The position numbers and the translations under genes are program-made. Positions 21,326 through 31,852 of a stretch of 64,000 nucleotides of DNA are shown piece by piece. Within the stretch, counting starts at the first letter, position 1; every line of letters starts with the position of its first letter. A model generated the notes under the pieces. That model searched no databases, had not been told where the DNA came from, and saw only the letters and a list, made by a program, of their open reading frames with translations. Source of the stretch: Escherichia coli (GTDB lineage: Bacteria > Pseudomonadota > Gammaproteobacteria > Enterobacterales > Enterobacteriaceae); the NCBI RefSeq assembly GCF_048403405.1, contig NZ_CP183129.1. One strand, written 5' to 3'.

Positions 21326-22171
21326 TCAGCCACGTCTTGCACGCTGGATGTCGCGTATCCGCTGTTTTTCTGCGCGCGCCATCAGATACCAGGCGATAAA
21401 TCCGACAATTCCGACCGCACCGAGGATCAATGTTGCCAGGGCGTTGATTTCCGGATTCACCCCCATCCGCACGCTGGAAAAGACCAGCATCGGTAACGTG
21501 GTGGCTCCCGGCCCGGAAACAAAGCTGGCGATCACCAGATCATCAAGCGACAAAGTAAAAGCCAGTAACCAACCAGAAATGATCGCGGGCATGATCATCG
21601 GTAGCGTAATGACGAAAAACACTTTCAGCGGCGTCGCACCGAGATCCATCGCTGCTTCTTCTATCGAGCTATCCAGTTCCCGCAGACGCGACGAAATAAC
21701 GACTGCCACATAAGCCGTACAGAAAGTGACATGCGCCAGCCAGATGGTGAGCATACCGCGGTCCGCAGGCCAGCCAATGGCATGAGCAAGCGCGACGAAT
21801 AACAACAATAGCGACAAGCCCGTGATGACATCTGGCATCACCAGCGGCGCGGTGATCATAAAGGCAAAGCCATTTGATCCGCGAAACCTGCCAAAGCGCA
21901 CCAGCACGACCGCCGCAATCGTCCCGAGGATCGCCGCCGCCGTCGCCGCACAGGCCGCAATTGTCAGGCTTAAACCAACCGCACTCATCATTGCGTCATC
22001 GCGCAATAACTCACCATACCAGCGTGTTGACCAGCCGGCCCACACCGTCACCAGCTTCGAGCTGTTGAATGAATAGATCACCAGCATCAGCATTGGCGCG
22101 TAGAGAAAGGTGAAGCCCAGCAGCAAAATCACAATCCGCCAGGGCGAACGAACTACCGGTAAATTATTCAT
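21326..22171 (-). CDS. potI: putrescine ABC transporter permease PotI
   Basis: From ATG 22171 (MNNLPVVRSPWRIVILL...), 281 aa; overlaps potH stop by 4 nt. Confidence 0.93.
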   Translation of the reverse strand: MNNLPVVRSPWRIVILLLGFTFLYAPMLMLVIYSFNSSKLVTVWAGWSTRWYGELLRDDAMMSAVGLSLTIAACAATAAAILGTIAAVVLVRFGRFRGSNGFAFMITAPLVMPDVITGLSLLLLFVALAHAIGWPADRGMLTIWLAHVTFCTAYVAVVISSRLRELDSSIEEAAMDLGATPLKVFFVITLPMIMPAIISGWLLAFTLSLDDLVIASFVSGPGATTLPMLVFSSVRMGVNPEINALATLILGAVGIVGFIAWYLMARAEKQRIRDIQRARRG

Positions 22172-23121
22172 TCGTGTTCTCCCACGCTTTTTTGCTGATG
22201 CTTGTGGAACCACATTATCGGCACAATTAGCAGCAGCAACATGATGATCGCTACCGCTGAGGCCACCGGCCAGTCGCGATTGTTAAAGAACTCCTGCCAT
22301 AGCACGCGCCCGATCATGATGCTGTCCGGGCCACCGAGCAGTTCAGGGATCACAAACTCGCCCACTGCCGGGATAAATACCAGCATCGATCCGGCAATAA
22401 TCCCGCCTTTGGTCAGCGGCACGATCACAGTAAAGAACGTTTTCAGCGGTCTTGCACCGAGATCCAGTGCCGCTTCCACCAGCGAATAATCAATACGAAT
22501 CAAGGCGGTGTAGATCGGCAGCACCATAAACGGCACGTAGGCATAAACAATGCCGATATAAACGGCCAGATTGGTATGCAGAATGGTCAGCGGCTGGTCG
22601 ATAACCCCCAGCCACAGCAGAAAATTATTCAGTACGCCGTTATTTTTTAATATTCCCATCCAGGCATAAACGCGAATCAGAAACGAGGTCCACGACGGCA
22701 GGATCACCAGTAGCAATAAGATATTACGGGTCGAAGGCTTACTGTGCGCCACCGCCCACGCCAGCGGATAGCCGATCAGTAAACAGCAAATAGTCGAAAT
22801 CGCCGCCACCTGTAGCGACTGGAGATAAGCATCGAAATAGAGCGGATCGTCGGTCAGTTGCAGGAAATTACCGAGATTAAGAGTGATGGAAAGTTGCCCG
22901 TCAGCCCACTCCATCAGTTCGGTATAAGGTGGAATGGCGCGCGCCATCTCCGCCAGGCTTATTTTAAAGACAATCAGAAATGGCAGCAGAAACAGCAGGA
23001 TTAGCCAGATATACGGCAGCGCAATCACCAGTTTGCGCCCATGCTTCATTTGCAGCTGCGACAACCACAGCTTAAATCCGCCCGGCGGTTTCGACTGGGC
23101 AGCAGGTTCAAGTGTACTCAT
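22168..23121 (-). CDS. potH: putrescine ABC transporter permease PotH
   Basis: 317-aa translation MSTLEPAAQSKPPGGFKLWLSQLQ... Confidence 0.95.
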   Translation of the reverse strand: MSTLEPAAQSKPPGGFKLWLSQLQMKHGRKLVIALPYIWLILLFLLPFLIVFKISLAEMARAIPPYTELMEWADGQLSITLNLGNFLQLTDDPLYFDAYLQSLQVAAISTICCLLIGYPLAWAVAHSKPSTRNILLLLVILPSWTSFLIRVYAWMGILKNNGVLNNFLLWLGVIDQPLTILHTNLAVYIGIVYAYVPFMVLPIYTALIRIDYSLVEAALDLGARPLKTFFTVIVPLTKGGIIAGSMLVFIPAVGEFVIPELLGGPDSIMIGRVLWQEFFNNRDWPVASAVAIIMLLLLIVPIMWFHKHQQKSVGEHE

Positions 23122-23130
23122 TTTTGCTCC

Positions 23131-24264
23131 TTAAACCGTCAGCACCACACAGCTGTCCACTTCCCAGCACAAACGTACTTCATCGCCCCAGGTCGGTAAC
23201 CCTTTACGATGGCGATGGGCGTTTTGTAGCTGGGCGCTGATCATCTGCCCACTTTTCAGACGAACGTGATACACCGAAAGATCGCCGAGATAGGCAATGT
23301 GTAGCACCTCCCCCACCGCGAAGTTACAACCATTGGCGGGCGGCTCTTCGCAAAGCATGATTTTTTCCGGACGCAGTGCCACATGCACCGGCACGTTATC
23401 AACAACCGAAGCATCTACATCGACTTTCAGTGGATGCACCAGCCCCGGCGAATAAAGCACCAGACCATCTTCCTGACGCTCTTTGAGTACACCTTCAAAG
23501 ACATTAACCGAACCAATAAATTCGGCGCTGTAGCGGGTGGTCGGATGCTCATAGATCTCTTCCGGTTCGCCAATCTGGACAAATTTCCCACGATTCATAA
23601 TGGCGATGCGCCCCGCCATGGTCATCGCCTCTTCCTGATCGTGAGTAACCATCACGCAGGTCACACCGACACGCTCCAGAATATCCACCACTTCAAGCTG
23701 CATCCGGTCACGCAGCTTTTTATCCAGCGCGCCCATAGGCTCATCGAGCAGTAATAGTTTCGGGCGCTTGGCAAGGCTTCGGGCCAGTGCCACACGCTGT
23801 CGCTGACCGCCGGAAAGCTGATGCGGTTTGCGTTTGGCGAACTCCTGCATATGCACCAGGCCGAGCATCTCATTGACCCGGCTGGCAATTTCCGCTTTCG
23901 GTAGTTTGTCCTGTTTCAGGCCAAAAGCGATGTTCTGTTCCACGGTCATATGCGGAAACAGCGCGTAAGACTGAAACATCATATTGATGGGGCGCAGGTA
24001 AGGCGGAACCTGTGACAAATCGACGCCATCGAGCATAATCTGCCCGGCAGAAGGTTGTTCGAAACCTGCCAGCATACGCAGCAGCGTGGACTTGCCACAG
24101 CCGGATGCGCCCAGCAGCGCGAAGATTTCGCCTTTATAGATGGTCAGGCTGACATCATCGACCGCATGCTGACCATCGTAAGATTTAGTCAGATTACGGA
24201 TTTCTAATAGCGGCGTCAGCGCCTTACGGGTTTTCGCCTGCGGGCGAGGGATAGCGTCATTCAC
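23131..24264 (-). CDS. potG: putrescine ABC transporter ATP-binding protein PotG
   Basis: From GTG 24264 (NDAIPRPQAKTRK...), GGAGAG RBS, Walker A GASGCGKST, LSGGQRQR; 377 aa; track ORF extends 27 codons upstream. Confidence 0.92.
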   Translation of the reverse strand: MNDAIPRPQAKTRKALTPLLEIRNLTKSYDGQHAVDDVSLTIYKGEIFALLGASGCGKSTLLRMLAGFEQPSAGQIMLDGVDLSQVPPYLRPINMMFQSYALFPHMTVEQNIAFGLKQDKLPKAEIASRVNEMLGLVHMQEFAKRKPHQLSGGQRQRVALARSLAKRPKLLLLDEPMGALDKKLRDRMQLEVVDILERVGVTCVMVTHDQEEAMTMAGRIAIMNRGKFVQIGEPEEIYEHPTTRYSAEFIGSVNVFEGVLKERQEDGLVLYSPGLVHPLKVDVDASVVDNVPVHVALRPEKIMLCEEPPANGCNFAVGEVLHIAYLGDLSVYHVRLKSGQMISAQLQNAHRHRKGLPTWGDEVRLCWEVDSCVVLTV

Positions 24265-24358
24265 GGCTGCTCTCCGGCATTGAATGTGTGCAAGCGCACC
24301 ATAATGGTGCGAATTGCCGGCGGGTGTGGTGCGCCCGTCCGGCATCTACGACTGCGGA

Positions 24359-25471
24359 TTATTTTCCGCTCTTCACTTTGGTCCACGCGCGGGTGCGCAC
24401 ACGGTCTATTTTTGGATCCTGCACTTTCAGAGTGAACAACTTCGCACGAACGTCCGCCGGAGGATAAATCCCTGGATTATCACGCACTTCCGCGCTTACC
24501 AGCGGCGTAGCTTCTTTGTTCGCGTTGGCATAGAACACATGGTCGGAAATATGCGCCACCACATCCGGGCGCAGCAGGTAATTCAGGAACTGATAGGCTT
24601 CGTCTTTATTTTTGGCATCCGCAGGCATGGCGAAGACATCAAAGAACGCCATCGCCCCTTCTTTCGGAATCGAGAACGAGACATTAACGCCATTTTTCGC
24701 TTCCTTCGCGCGGTTTGACGCCTGCCAGACATCGCCCGCCCAGCCAATAGCGACGCAGATATCGCCGTTTGCCAGGTCGTTAATGTATTGAGATGAATGG
24801 AAATAACGAATGTTCGGGCGCAGCTTTAACAGCAGATCGGTTGCCGGTCCGGTGTAATCATCTGCTTTAGTGCTGTTGGGATCTTTACCGAGATAATTCA
24901 GCACGGTAGCAAACACTTCTTCCGGTGCATCAAGGAAAGAGACGCCGCAGCTTTTCAGTTTTTCCAGATTTTCAGGCTTGAGGATCAAGTCCCAGCTATC
25001 GACGGGCGCGTTTTCGCCCAGCACCGCTTTAACTTTATCAACGTTATAGCCAATCCCGGTCGTCGCCCACATATAGGGCATAGCAAATTTATTGTCGGGA
25101 TCGTGTTTGGCAACCAACTTCAGCAGCTCCGGATCGAGATTCTTCCACTCCGGCAATTTGCTTTTGTCCAGCGGCTGGAAAACTCCCGCAGTCAACTGGC
25201 GTTCAAGAAAGCTTGCTGACGGCACCACCAGGTCAAAGCCGGTGCTACCCGCCATTAATTTGCCTTCCAGTACTTCGTTAGAGTCGAAAACATCGTAGAC
25301 GACTTTAATACCGGTTTCTTTTTCAAAATTGGCCACCGTGTCCGGGGCGATATAATCAGACCAGTTATAAATGTGAAGTGTTTTTTGTTCAGCCGCGAGC
25401 GTGCCGACAGAGACGGCCATCAGAGCACCCGTAACCAGACCCGATAGCCATTTTTTATTTAAGGCGGTCAT
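24359..25471 (-). CDS. potF: putrescine-binding periplasmic protein PotF
   Basis: From ATG 25471 (MTALNKKWLSGLVTGALMAV...), 370 aa. Confidence 0.94.
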   Translation of the reverse strand: MTALNKKWLSGLVTGALMAVSVGTLAAEQKTLHIYNWSDYIAPDTVANFEKETGIKVVYDVFDSNEVLEGKLMAGSTGFDLVVPSASFLERQLTAGVFQPLDKSKLPEWKNLDPELLKLVAKHDPDNKFAMPYMWATTGIGYNVDKVKAVLGENAPVDSWDLILKPENLEKLKSCGVSFLDAPEEVFATVLNYLGKDPNSTKADDYTGPATDLLLKLRPNIRYFHSSQYINDLANGDICVAIGWAGDVWQASNRAKEAKNGVNVSFSIPKEGAMAFFDVFAMPADAKNKDEAYQFLNYLLRPDVVAHISDHVFYANANKEATPLVSAEVRDNPGIYPPADVRAKLFTLKVQDPKIDRVRTRAWTKVKSGK

Positions 25472-25530
25472 ATCTCTTTCCTTCTGAAAGTTCGTTAACA
25501 AACGAACAAAAGTTGTCACACTGAAAGATA

Positions 25531-25546
25531 TGCAATAAACGTGCAT
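25531..25546 (-). promoter_or_regulatory. possible sigma-54 (-24/-12)-like element upstream of potF
   Basis: Minus-strand reading aTGCACg-ttta-TTGCA approximates TGGCAC-N5-TTGCA (one G of the GG missing), about 60-75 nt upstream of the potF start; speculative. Confidence 0.25.
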
Positions 25547-25821
25547 ATTTTTTATCGGCGCGGTGTAAGAAAAGAGAACTCTCTCCCGGCCAGCACTGCT
25601 CGCTATATAAAAGCATCGCAAGAATAACTTTAGCCAGGGTTTGAGACTATAGCTCGGATTAAAAAACGGTATTTAACAAATTTTTATGCGTATTTGCTCT
25701 ATGTGATAAAGCCAAATCGGCACAAGAGAAGTGAAATAATCTTTAAGAAAAGGTTAAAAACAGCAGATAATTTTGCAGCACGCAGTCACTGCGGCAGCGA
25801 CTGCGTACTCGAAAGGAGTTA

Positions 25822-26298
25822 TCAGTGGAGGAAATAGTTTTCGGTAACGTTGTTTTGCCCTTCATCGTCAGTCGGTAACAGCAGTTGATGGGCATTAGCT
25901 TCAAGAATGACCATCGAAATCTGCTCTTCGCTCTGACGCACGAACCATGCAAACTGCTCATAGGTTACGCCATGCATAACGGATAAAGACTGGCAAACCA
26001 CCAGCTTTGGCAGATTATCATCCTGCATATCAAGAAATGCTTTCACGGTCAGCGAACTGGCATTGATGGCAGATAAATCTGCCGCCAGGGGCAATACGGC
26101 TGAAGGTCGGACTTCCGCCATGGCAGAAAACAGGATCGTGTTATCGATCAGATCGATTTTGGCATCAAAGACACCGTCGAAATTCTGCATATGGGGCAGA
26201 TGCAGAGCCTGACAGTTATCACATTCAAAAAAACTCATCCCCAGGTCATCGAGCCATTGACGCAGCGTATCCAGACCAGGAACGACCAGCGATGTCAT
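25822..26298 (-). CDS. ybjN: YbjN family protein (putative sensory transduction regulator)
   Basis: From ATG 26298 (MTSLVVPGLDTLRQWLDD...), 158 aa. Confidence 0.9.
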   Translation of the reverse strand: MTSLVVPGLDTLRQWLDDLGMSFFECDNCQALHLPHMQNFDGVFDAKIDLIDNTILFSAMAEVRPSAVLPLAADLSAINASSLTVKAFLDMQDDNLPKLVVCQSLSVMHGVTYEQFAWFVRQSEEQISMVILEANAHQLLLPTDDEGQNNVTENYFLH

Positions 26299-26385
26299 AA
26301 TTTTGTACAACCTCTTTCGATAAAAAGACCGGCACAGCTTACGCAAAAAGCGCAGGCAAAACCATGATCAGTAATGTGATTGCGA

Positions 26386-27288
26386 CTAACCACCCGTTTT
26401 CAGGCAATATTCCGTCGTAGCGTGGCGTTCGATCCAGCGGATCATTTTACCCGCGATGTCGATACCGGTGGTTTTTTCTATTCCTTCCAGCCCCGGCGAC
26501 GCATTCACTTCCATCACCAACGGCCCGCGATTAGCACGCAAAATATCTACACCAGCAACATCCAGCGCCATCGTTCGCGCGGCTTTTATCGCGATTTCAC
26601 GCTCCTGTGGTGTGATACTGGCGACGCTTGCCGCGCCGCCACGATGCAAATTGGAACGAAAATCGCCCTCTTTCGCCCGCCGTTCAATCGCAGCGACCAC
26701 TTCATCCCCAACAACCAGGCAGCGGATATCGCACCCTTGCGCCTCTTTGATATATTCCTGCACCAGAATATGCGCGTTCAGACCGCGGAAAGCGTCAATC
26801 ACGCTTTCCGCCGCCTGACGCGTCTCCGCCAGCACGACACCAATTCCCTGCGTGCCTTCAACCAACTTGACCACCAGCGGCGCACCACCGACCATGTCGA
26901 TTAAATCGCTGGTATCATCCGGCGAATGCGCAATGCCCGTGACAGGCAGGTCGATGCCCTGACGCGCCAGCAGTTGCATGGAACGCAATTTGTCACGCGC
27001 CCGGGCAATGGCGACCGACTCATTGAGCGGATAGCTCCCCAGCATCTCGAACTGGCGCAGTGCCGCCGTCCCATAAAAGGTAATGGCGGTGCCAATACGC
27101 GGGATCACTGCGTCAAAATGGGGTAACTTGCGGCCTTTGTAGTGAATAGAAGACGCCGCAGGATTTATGTTCATGTAGCAAGAAAGCGGATCAAGAATTT
27201 CAACCAGGTGACCGCGCTGTATAGCGGCTTCACGCAGCCGCTTACACGAATAGAGCGTTCCATCCCGGGACAATATGGCAATTTTCAC
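26386..27288 (-). CDS. rimK: ribosomal protein S6 glutamate ligase RimK (ATP-grasp)
   Basis: 300-aa translation [22 protein letters not shown]... Confidence 0.95.
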   Translation of the reverse strand: MKIAILSRDGTLYSCKRLREAAIQRGHLVEILDPLSCYMNINPAASSIHYKGRKLPHFDAVIPRIGTAITFYGTAALRQFEMLGSYPLNESVAIARARDKLRSMQLLARQGIDLPVTGIAHSPDDTSDLIDMVGGAPLVVKLVEGTQGIGVVLAETRQAAESVIDAFRGLNAHILVQEYIKEAQGCDIRCLVVGDEVVAAIERRAKEGDFRSNLHRGGAASVASITPQEREIAIKAARTMALDVAGVDILRANRGPLVMEVNASPGLEGIEKTTGIDIAGKMIRWIERHATTEYCLKTGG

Positions 27289-27348
27289 CCTGCACCTCTC
27301 TGTCAGACCTGGTCAAAAGCCCGCGTATCATACATCGGCGTGGCGGTT

Positions 27349-28071
27349 TTAGCGCGTTGCCCAACCCTGTTTGTGCAAATAATCCAGAATAAATGGGCGG
27401 CTTTCTTTAATGATTGTTCGGCGGATATGATCGCTCCAGGTATCCCGGCGATTATTGCTGCCACGTGTGAGGTAATATTCCGCCAGTTGCTCGTCATACT
27501 GCGCCAGTTCGTCTTTATCCAGCGGTTGATAGCTGTTTTCATGCACCAAAATGGAGGCCGGTAAACGCGGCTTAAGATCTGGATTATCCGCAGGCCAGCC
27601 AAGGCACAGCCCAAACAGCGGCAGAACATGCTGCGGTAATTTCAGAAGTTCCGTCACCGCTTCAATATTATTGCGCAGGCCGCCGATATATACCCCACCC
27701 AATCCCAGCGATTCCGCTGCGGTTAATGCATTCTGCGCCATCATTGCCGTATCAACGACACCGAGCAACAGTTGTTCCGCCAGGCCAAGTTGTGCATCCG
27801 GACAGATCTGTAAATGGCGATTAAAGTCGGCACAGAACACCCAAAACTCCGCCGCTTTCGCTACGTGTTTTTGCCCGCCGGTCAGCGTCACCAGTTCTTC
27901 ACGTAACGCTTTGTCGGTAATGCGAATAATGCTACTGCACTGCAAAAAACTGGAACTGGACGTCGCACGGGCGCTGTTAATAATCGCCTCACGCTGCGCT
28001 TCGGAAATGGGTTCATCAGTGAAATGGCGAATGGAGCGATGGCCACAAATAAGTTCAATGGTTGGCGTCAT
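27349..28071 (-). CDS. nfsA: oxygen-insensitive NADPH nitroreductase NfsA
   Basis: 240-aa translation MTPTIELICGHRSIRHFTDEPISEAQ... Confidence 0.95.
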   Translation of the reverse strand: MTPTIELICGHRSIRHFTDEPISEAQREAIINSARATSSSSFLQCSSIIRITDKALREELVTLTGGQKHVAKAAEFWVFCADFNRHLQICPDAQLGLAEQLLLGVVDTAMMAQNALTAAESLGLGGVYIGGLRNNIEAVTELLKLPQHVLPLFGLCLGWPADNPDLKPRLPASILVHENSYQPLDKDELAQYDEQLAEYYLTRGSNNRRDTWSDHIRRTIIKESRPFILDYLHKQGWATR

Positions 28072-28342
28072 TATCTTTTTCTCTTTCTGAACGTGAATAT
28101 TGCGGTGGACGGTTCATCAGCTGTGGGGCAAGACGTTTTGCCACCTGAAGAATAACCACCACCGCAGCGGGAAGCATGAGCAAAACACCGAGAAAAATCA
28201 TCAGAATCTGCACTTCTGGCCGAGAAAATGGCTCAGGCAGCGACAGGGAGCCGCTTACCGACAGCAGCGCCACCGCCAGCAACATCATTCCGATAAATTC
28301 CAGTATCAACACGCTTTTAGGCAATTTACCGATCGCGCGCAT
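28055..28342 (-). CDS. ybjC: small inner membrane protein YbjC
   Basis: 95-aa translation MRAIGKLPKSVLILEFIGMMLLAV...; overlaps nfsA start (ybjC-nfsA operon). Confidence 0.9.
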   Translation of the reverse strand: MRAIGKLPKSVLILEFIGMMLLAVALLSVSGSLSLPEPFSRPEVQILMIFLGVLLMLPAAVVVILQVAKRLAPQLMNRPPQYSRSEREKDNDANH

Positions 28343-28501
28343 ACGCTTCCCTCTGCAAAGTGAGCCTTCAGTCTAAAACTTTTCACTGTATTGTGTTTAA
28401 CAGTTATAGCTTTTAGCAATTAATGCAACAGGTTAAACCTACTTTCAGCGAATACATTTTAGCGTGATCATTACAGGCATAAATCTATGAGGAGAGAAAT
28501 A

Positions 28502-28759
28502 ATGCAAACCGTTATTTTTGGTCGTCCGGGTTGCCCTTACTGTGTGCGTGCAAAAGATCTGGCTGAGAAATTGAGCAATGAACGCGATGATTTTCAGTAT
28601 CAGTATGTAGATATTCGTGCGGAAGGGATCACTAAAGAAGATCTACAACAAAAGGCAGGTAAACCCGTAGAAACCGTGCCGCAGATTTTTGTCGATCAGC
28701 AACATATCGGCGGCTATACCGATTTTGCTGCATGGGTGAAAGAGAATCTGGACGCCTGA
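28502..28759 (+). CDS. grxA: glutaredoxin 1
   Basis: From ATG 28502 (MQTVIFGRPGCPYCVRAKDL...), CPYC active site; 85 aa. Confidence 0.95.
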   Translation: MQTVIFGRPGCPYCVRAKDLAEKLSNERDDFQYQYVDIRAEGITKEDLQQKAGKPVETVPQIFVDQQHIGGYTDFAAWVKENLDA

Positions 28760-28768
28760 TCGTCTGAC

Positions 28769-28800
28769 AAGCCCTCGCGTTGAGGGCTTTATTGATTTTT
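28769..28800. terminator. terminator hairpin between convergent grxA and ybjM
   Basis: aagccctc-gcgtt-gagggctt followed by a T-rich tract. Confidence 0.6.
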
Positions 28801-29166
28801 TCTGTGCTGTGGTTTAAACAAACTACTGATAAATAAGAAACACAGTGCCCCCAGCGCACACCAGAACACCGCACTTAATAACCATGCCAGCTCTTGCCAG
28901 AATGAGCGCGTCGGTGAAAAAAACAGCCGCATAATAAGCATGGAACAGGGTGCCGCCAGCATTGCGCCAAACAGAGGTTTCAGGACTTCTCTACGCTGTG
29001 AAAAGAAGCTGGCAACTGCTCCAGGAAGAATGAAAAACAGCAAGCCGATTTCAGGATGCCCGGCAGCCCGAAAAGCGCCTTTCATGTGCGTCGCCAGAAA
29101 AAGGCACACCACAATGAAGAGGACAAAACAGCAGATTGCCCCCGCCCAACGTTGTTTATGTTTCAC
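28789..29166 (-). CDS. ybjM: inner membrane protein YbjM
   Basis: 125-aa translation MKHKQRWAGAICCFVLFIVVCLF... Confidence 0.9.
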   Translation of the reverse strand: MKHKQRWAGAICCFVLFIVVCLFLATHMKGAFRAAGHPEIGLLFFILPGAVASFFSQRREVLKPLFGAMLAAPCSMLIMRLFFSPTRSFWQELAWLLSAVFWCALGALCFLFISSLFKPQHRKNQ

Positions 29167-29435
29167 TCGTTCCTCCTGACACTGCGTCTATCGAACACAT
29201 TTTTCGCCAGTGTGGCGTTCAGTAAGATAAAGCCGCTTCGCATTCCATGCTAATATAGGCCAACGCAATTCATATAGCCGTTGATACCTAATGTGATTAC
29301 ACTAGTAAAATATATTGTTACTTTACTATCGTTTAGGTGCGCTGAATGAATCTGCGCCCTGAATTCTGGTAAAAAACATTATCGTAAATTACCATTTCTT
29401 TCAACAGCTTACTAGTAAACAAGAAGTTAGCCTCC

Positions 29436-31121
29436 GTGAATATAAACGTCGCCGAATTGTTAAATGGGAATTACATTCTGTTATTATTTGTGGTCCTCGC
29501 GCTTGGGCTATGTCTCGGGAAATTACGACTTGGTTCGATCCAACTGGGTAATTCCATTGGCGTTTTAGTCGTATCGCTGTTATTAGGCCAACAACATTTC
29601 AGCATTAACACCGACGCGCTTAATCTTGGCTTTATGCTGTTTATTTTCTGCGTCGGGGTCGAAGCCGGACCGAACTTTTTTTCCATTTTTTTTCGCGATG
29701 GGAAAAATTACCTAATGTTAGCACTGGTGATGGTTGGCAGTGCGCTGGCCATCGCCTTAGGGTTAGGTAAGCTGTTTGGCTGGGATATTGGCCTGACGGC
29801 CGGTATGTTAGCAGGCTCTATGACGTCAACACCGGTTCTGGTCGGTGCTGGCGATACACTGCGTCATTCCGGCATGGAAAGCAGGCAGCTCTCACTGGCA
29901 CTGGATAATCTGAGCCTCGGGTATGCCTTAACCTATTTAATCGGTCTGGTGAGTTTGATTGTTGGTGCGCGTTACTTGCCGAAATTGCAGCATCAGGACT
30001 TACAGACCAGCGCCCAGCAAATCGCCCGCGAACGTGGCCTGGACACAGATGCCAACCGTAAGGTTTATTTGCCGGTGATCCGCGCCTACCGCGTCGGCCC
30101 GGAGCTGGTAGCCTGGACCGACGGCAAAAATCTGCGTGAACTGGGTATTTATCGACAAACCGGCTGCTACATTGAACGTATTCGGCGTAACGGGATTCTG
30201 GCAAATCCAGACGGTGATGCCGTGCTACAAATGGGCGATGAAATAGCGTTGGTAGGCTACCCCGACGCCCACGCCCGACTCGATCCCAGTTTCCGTAATG
30301 GCAAAGAAGTTTTCGATCGTGACCTTCTCGACATGCGTATCGTCACTGAAGAAGTGGTCGTTAAAAACCATAACGCTGTTGGCAAACGCCTGGCACAACT
30401 GAAGTTGACCGATCACGGTTGCTTCCTTAACCGCGTCATACGTAGCCAGATTGAGATGCCGATTGATGACAACGTCGTGCTTAACAAAGGTGACGTTTTA
30501 CAAGTCAGCGGCGATGCCCGCCGCGTAAAAACCATCGCCGATCGCATCGGCTTTATCTCGATTCACAGCCAGGTCACTGACTTGCTGGCATTCTGCGCCT
30601 TCTTTGTTATTGGGCTGATGATCGGGATGATCACCTTCCAGTTCAGCACATTCAGTTTCGGCATGGGGAACGCTGCCGGGTTGTTATTCGCCGGAATTAT
30701 GCTGGGCTTTATGCGTGCTAACCACCCGACCTTCGGTTACATTCCGCAGGGTGCATTAAGCATGGTGAAGGAGTTCGGCTTGATGGTGTTTATGGCAGGC
30801 GTTGGTCTGAGCGCTGGTAGCGGTATTAATAACGGCCTGGGCGCGATTGGCGGTCAGATGTTGATTGCCGGATTGATTGTCAGTCTGGTGCCAGTGGTTA
30901 TCTGCTTCTTGTTCGGTGCTTATGTATTGCGAATGAACCGCGCACTGTTGTTCGGCGCAATGATGGGCGCACGCACCTGCGCGCCGGCAATGGAGATCAT
31001 CAGTGATACAGCTCGCAGTAACATCCCGGCGCTGGGCTATGCGGGCACCTACGCAATCGCCAACGTCCTGCTGACGCTGGCAGGGACAATCATCGTCATG
31101 GTATGGCCAGGATTAGGATAA
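29436..31121 (+). CDS. ybjL: putative transport protein YbjL (two transporter domains flanking TrkA-C-like domains)
   Basis: 561-aa translation [24 protein letters not shown]... Confidence 0.93.
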   Translation: MNINVAELLNGNYILLLFVVLALGLCLGKLRLGSIQLGNSIGVLVVSLLLGQQHFSINTDALNLGFMLFIFCVGVEAGPNFFSIFFRDGKNYLMLALVMVGSALAIALGLGKLFGWDIGLTAGMLAGSMTSTPVLVGAGDTLRHSGMESRQLSLALDNLSLGYALTYLIGLVSLIVGARYLPKLQHQDLQTSAQQIARERGLDTDANRKVYLPVIRAYRVGPELVAWTDGKNLRELGIYRQTGCYIERIRRNGILANPDGDAVLQMGDEIALVGYPDAHARLDPSFRNGKEVFDRDLLDMRIVTEEVVVKNHNAVGKRLAQLKLTDHGCFLNRVIRSQIEMPIDDNVVLNKGDVLQVSGDARRVKTIADRIGFISIHSQVTDLLAFCAFFVIGLMIGMITFQFSTFSFGMGNAAGLLFAGIMLGFMRANHPTFGYIPQGALSMVKEFGLMVFMAGVGLSAGSGINNGLGAIGGQMLIAGLIVSLVPVVICFLFGAYVLRMNRALLFGAMMGARTCAPAMEIISDTARSNIPALGYAGTYAIANVLLTLAGTIIVMVWPGLG

Positions 31122-31164
31122 AACTGAAGTTGCCCTGAAAATGAAATTTTTTTGCACAACCGCA

Positions 31165-31192
31165 GAACTTTTCCGCAGGGCATCAGTCTTAA
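31165..31192 (+). promoter_or_regulatory. sigma-E-type promoter of rybB
   Basis: -35 GAACTT (31165-31170), 16-nt spacer, -10-like gtctta, about 6 nt before the RybB 5' end. Confidence 0.55.
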
Positions 31193-31197
31193 TTAGT

Positions 31198-31276
31198 GCC
31201 ACTGCTTTTCTTTGATGTCCCCATTTTGTGGAGCCCATCAACCCCGCCATTTCGGTTCAAGGTTGGTGGGTTTTTT
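31198..31276 (+). ncRNA. rybB: RybB small RNA (sigma-E-dependent, Hfq-binding)
   Basis: 79-nt sequence gccactgcttttctttgatgtccccattttgtggagcccatcaaccccgccatttcggttcaaggttggtgggtttttt matches RybB as I recall it, with intrinsic terminator (ccaacc/ggttgg + U6); lies between ybjL and rcdA as in E. coli. Confidence 0.9.
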
Positions 31277-31295
31277 GTTATCTAAAATTTATCTA

Positions 31296-31832
31296 CTACC
31301 CTGCAACCCTCTCAACCATCCTCAAAATCTCCTCGCGCGATAGCGGCTTACGGTCGGTGACAAAATGCAGCGTCATCCCCTCAATAAACGCATCAAGCGC
31401 GCGGGCGGTTCCGGGTTCAAACCATTGTTCGAGCGTTTGCTGACTGCGCTGCATCCAGTTTTGCATTACCGTTTTTAATAGCGGTTTTCGGCTAGCCAGC
31501 GCGTAGAGCTGATACATCAGCTCCATATTATCCGGCGTTGCAACCTGTGAGCTGTAGATCATATCGGTGATAGCCTGGCATGCGCCTTGAGCATCACTAA
31601 CATCGCTAAAAAATGCCTGATATTGCCGGGACATGATCTCAGTAAAACTGCTGAACGCCTCCAGCAACAACTCATCAATTCCTGAAAAATAGTAGGTCAT
31701 CGATCCCAACGGTACCCCGGCAAGGGTAGCAATTTTGCGGTGCGTAACAGCATGTATTCCATAAAGTTTCACCGCCTCCAGCGTGGCCTGGATAATTTTT
31801 TCTCGCCGTTGCGGATCGTTAGCGCGACGCAT
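31296..31832 (-). CDS. rcdA: TetR-family transcriptional regulator RcdA
   Basis: From ATG 31832 ([22 protein letters not shown]...), 178 aa, N-terminal TetR HTH. Confidence 0.92.
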   Translation of the reverse strand: MRRANDPQRREKIIQATLEAVKLYGIHAVTHRKIATLAGVPLGSMTYYFSGIDELLLEAFSSFTEIMSRQYQAFFSDVSDAQGACQAITDMIYSSQVATPDNMELMYQLYALASRKPLLKTVMQNWMQRSQQTLEQWFEPGTARALDAFIEGMTLHFVTDRKPLSREEILRMVERVAG

Positions 31833-31852
31833 GTCATTTCCTCTCTCTGCAA

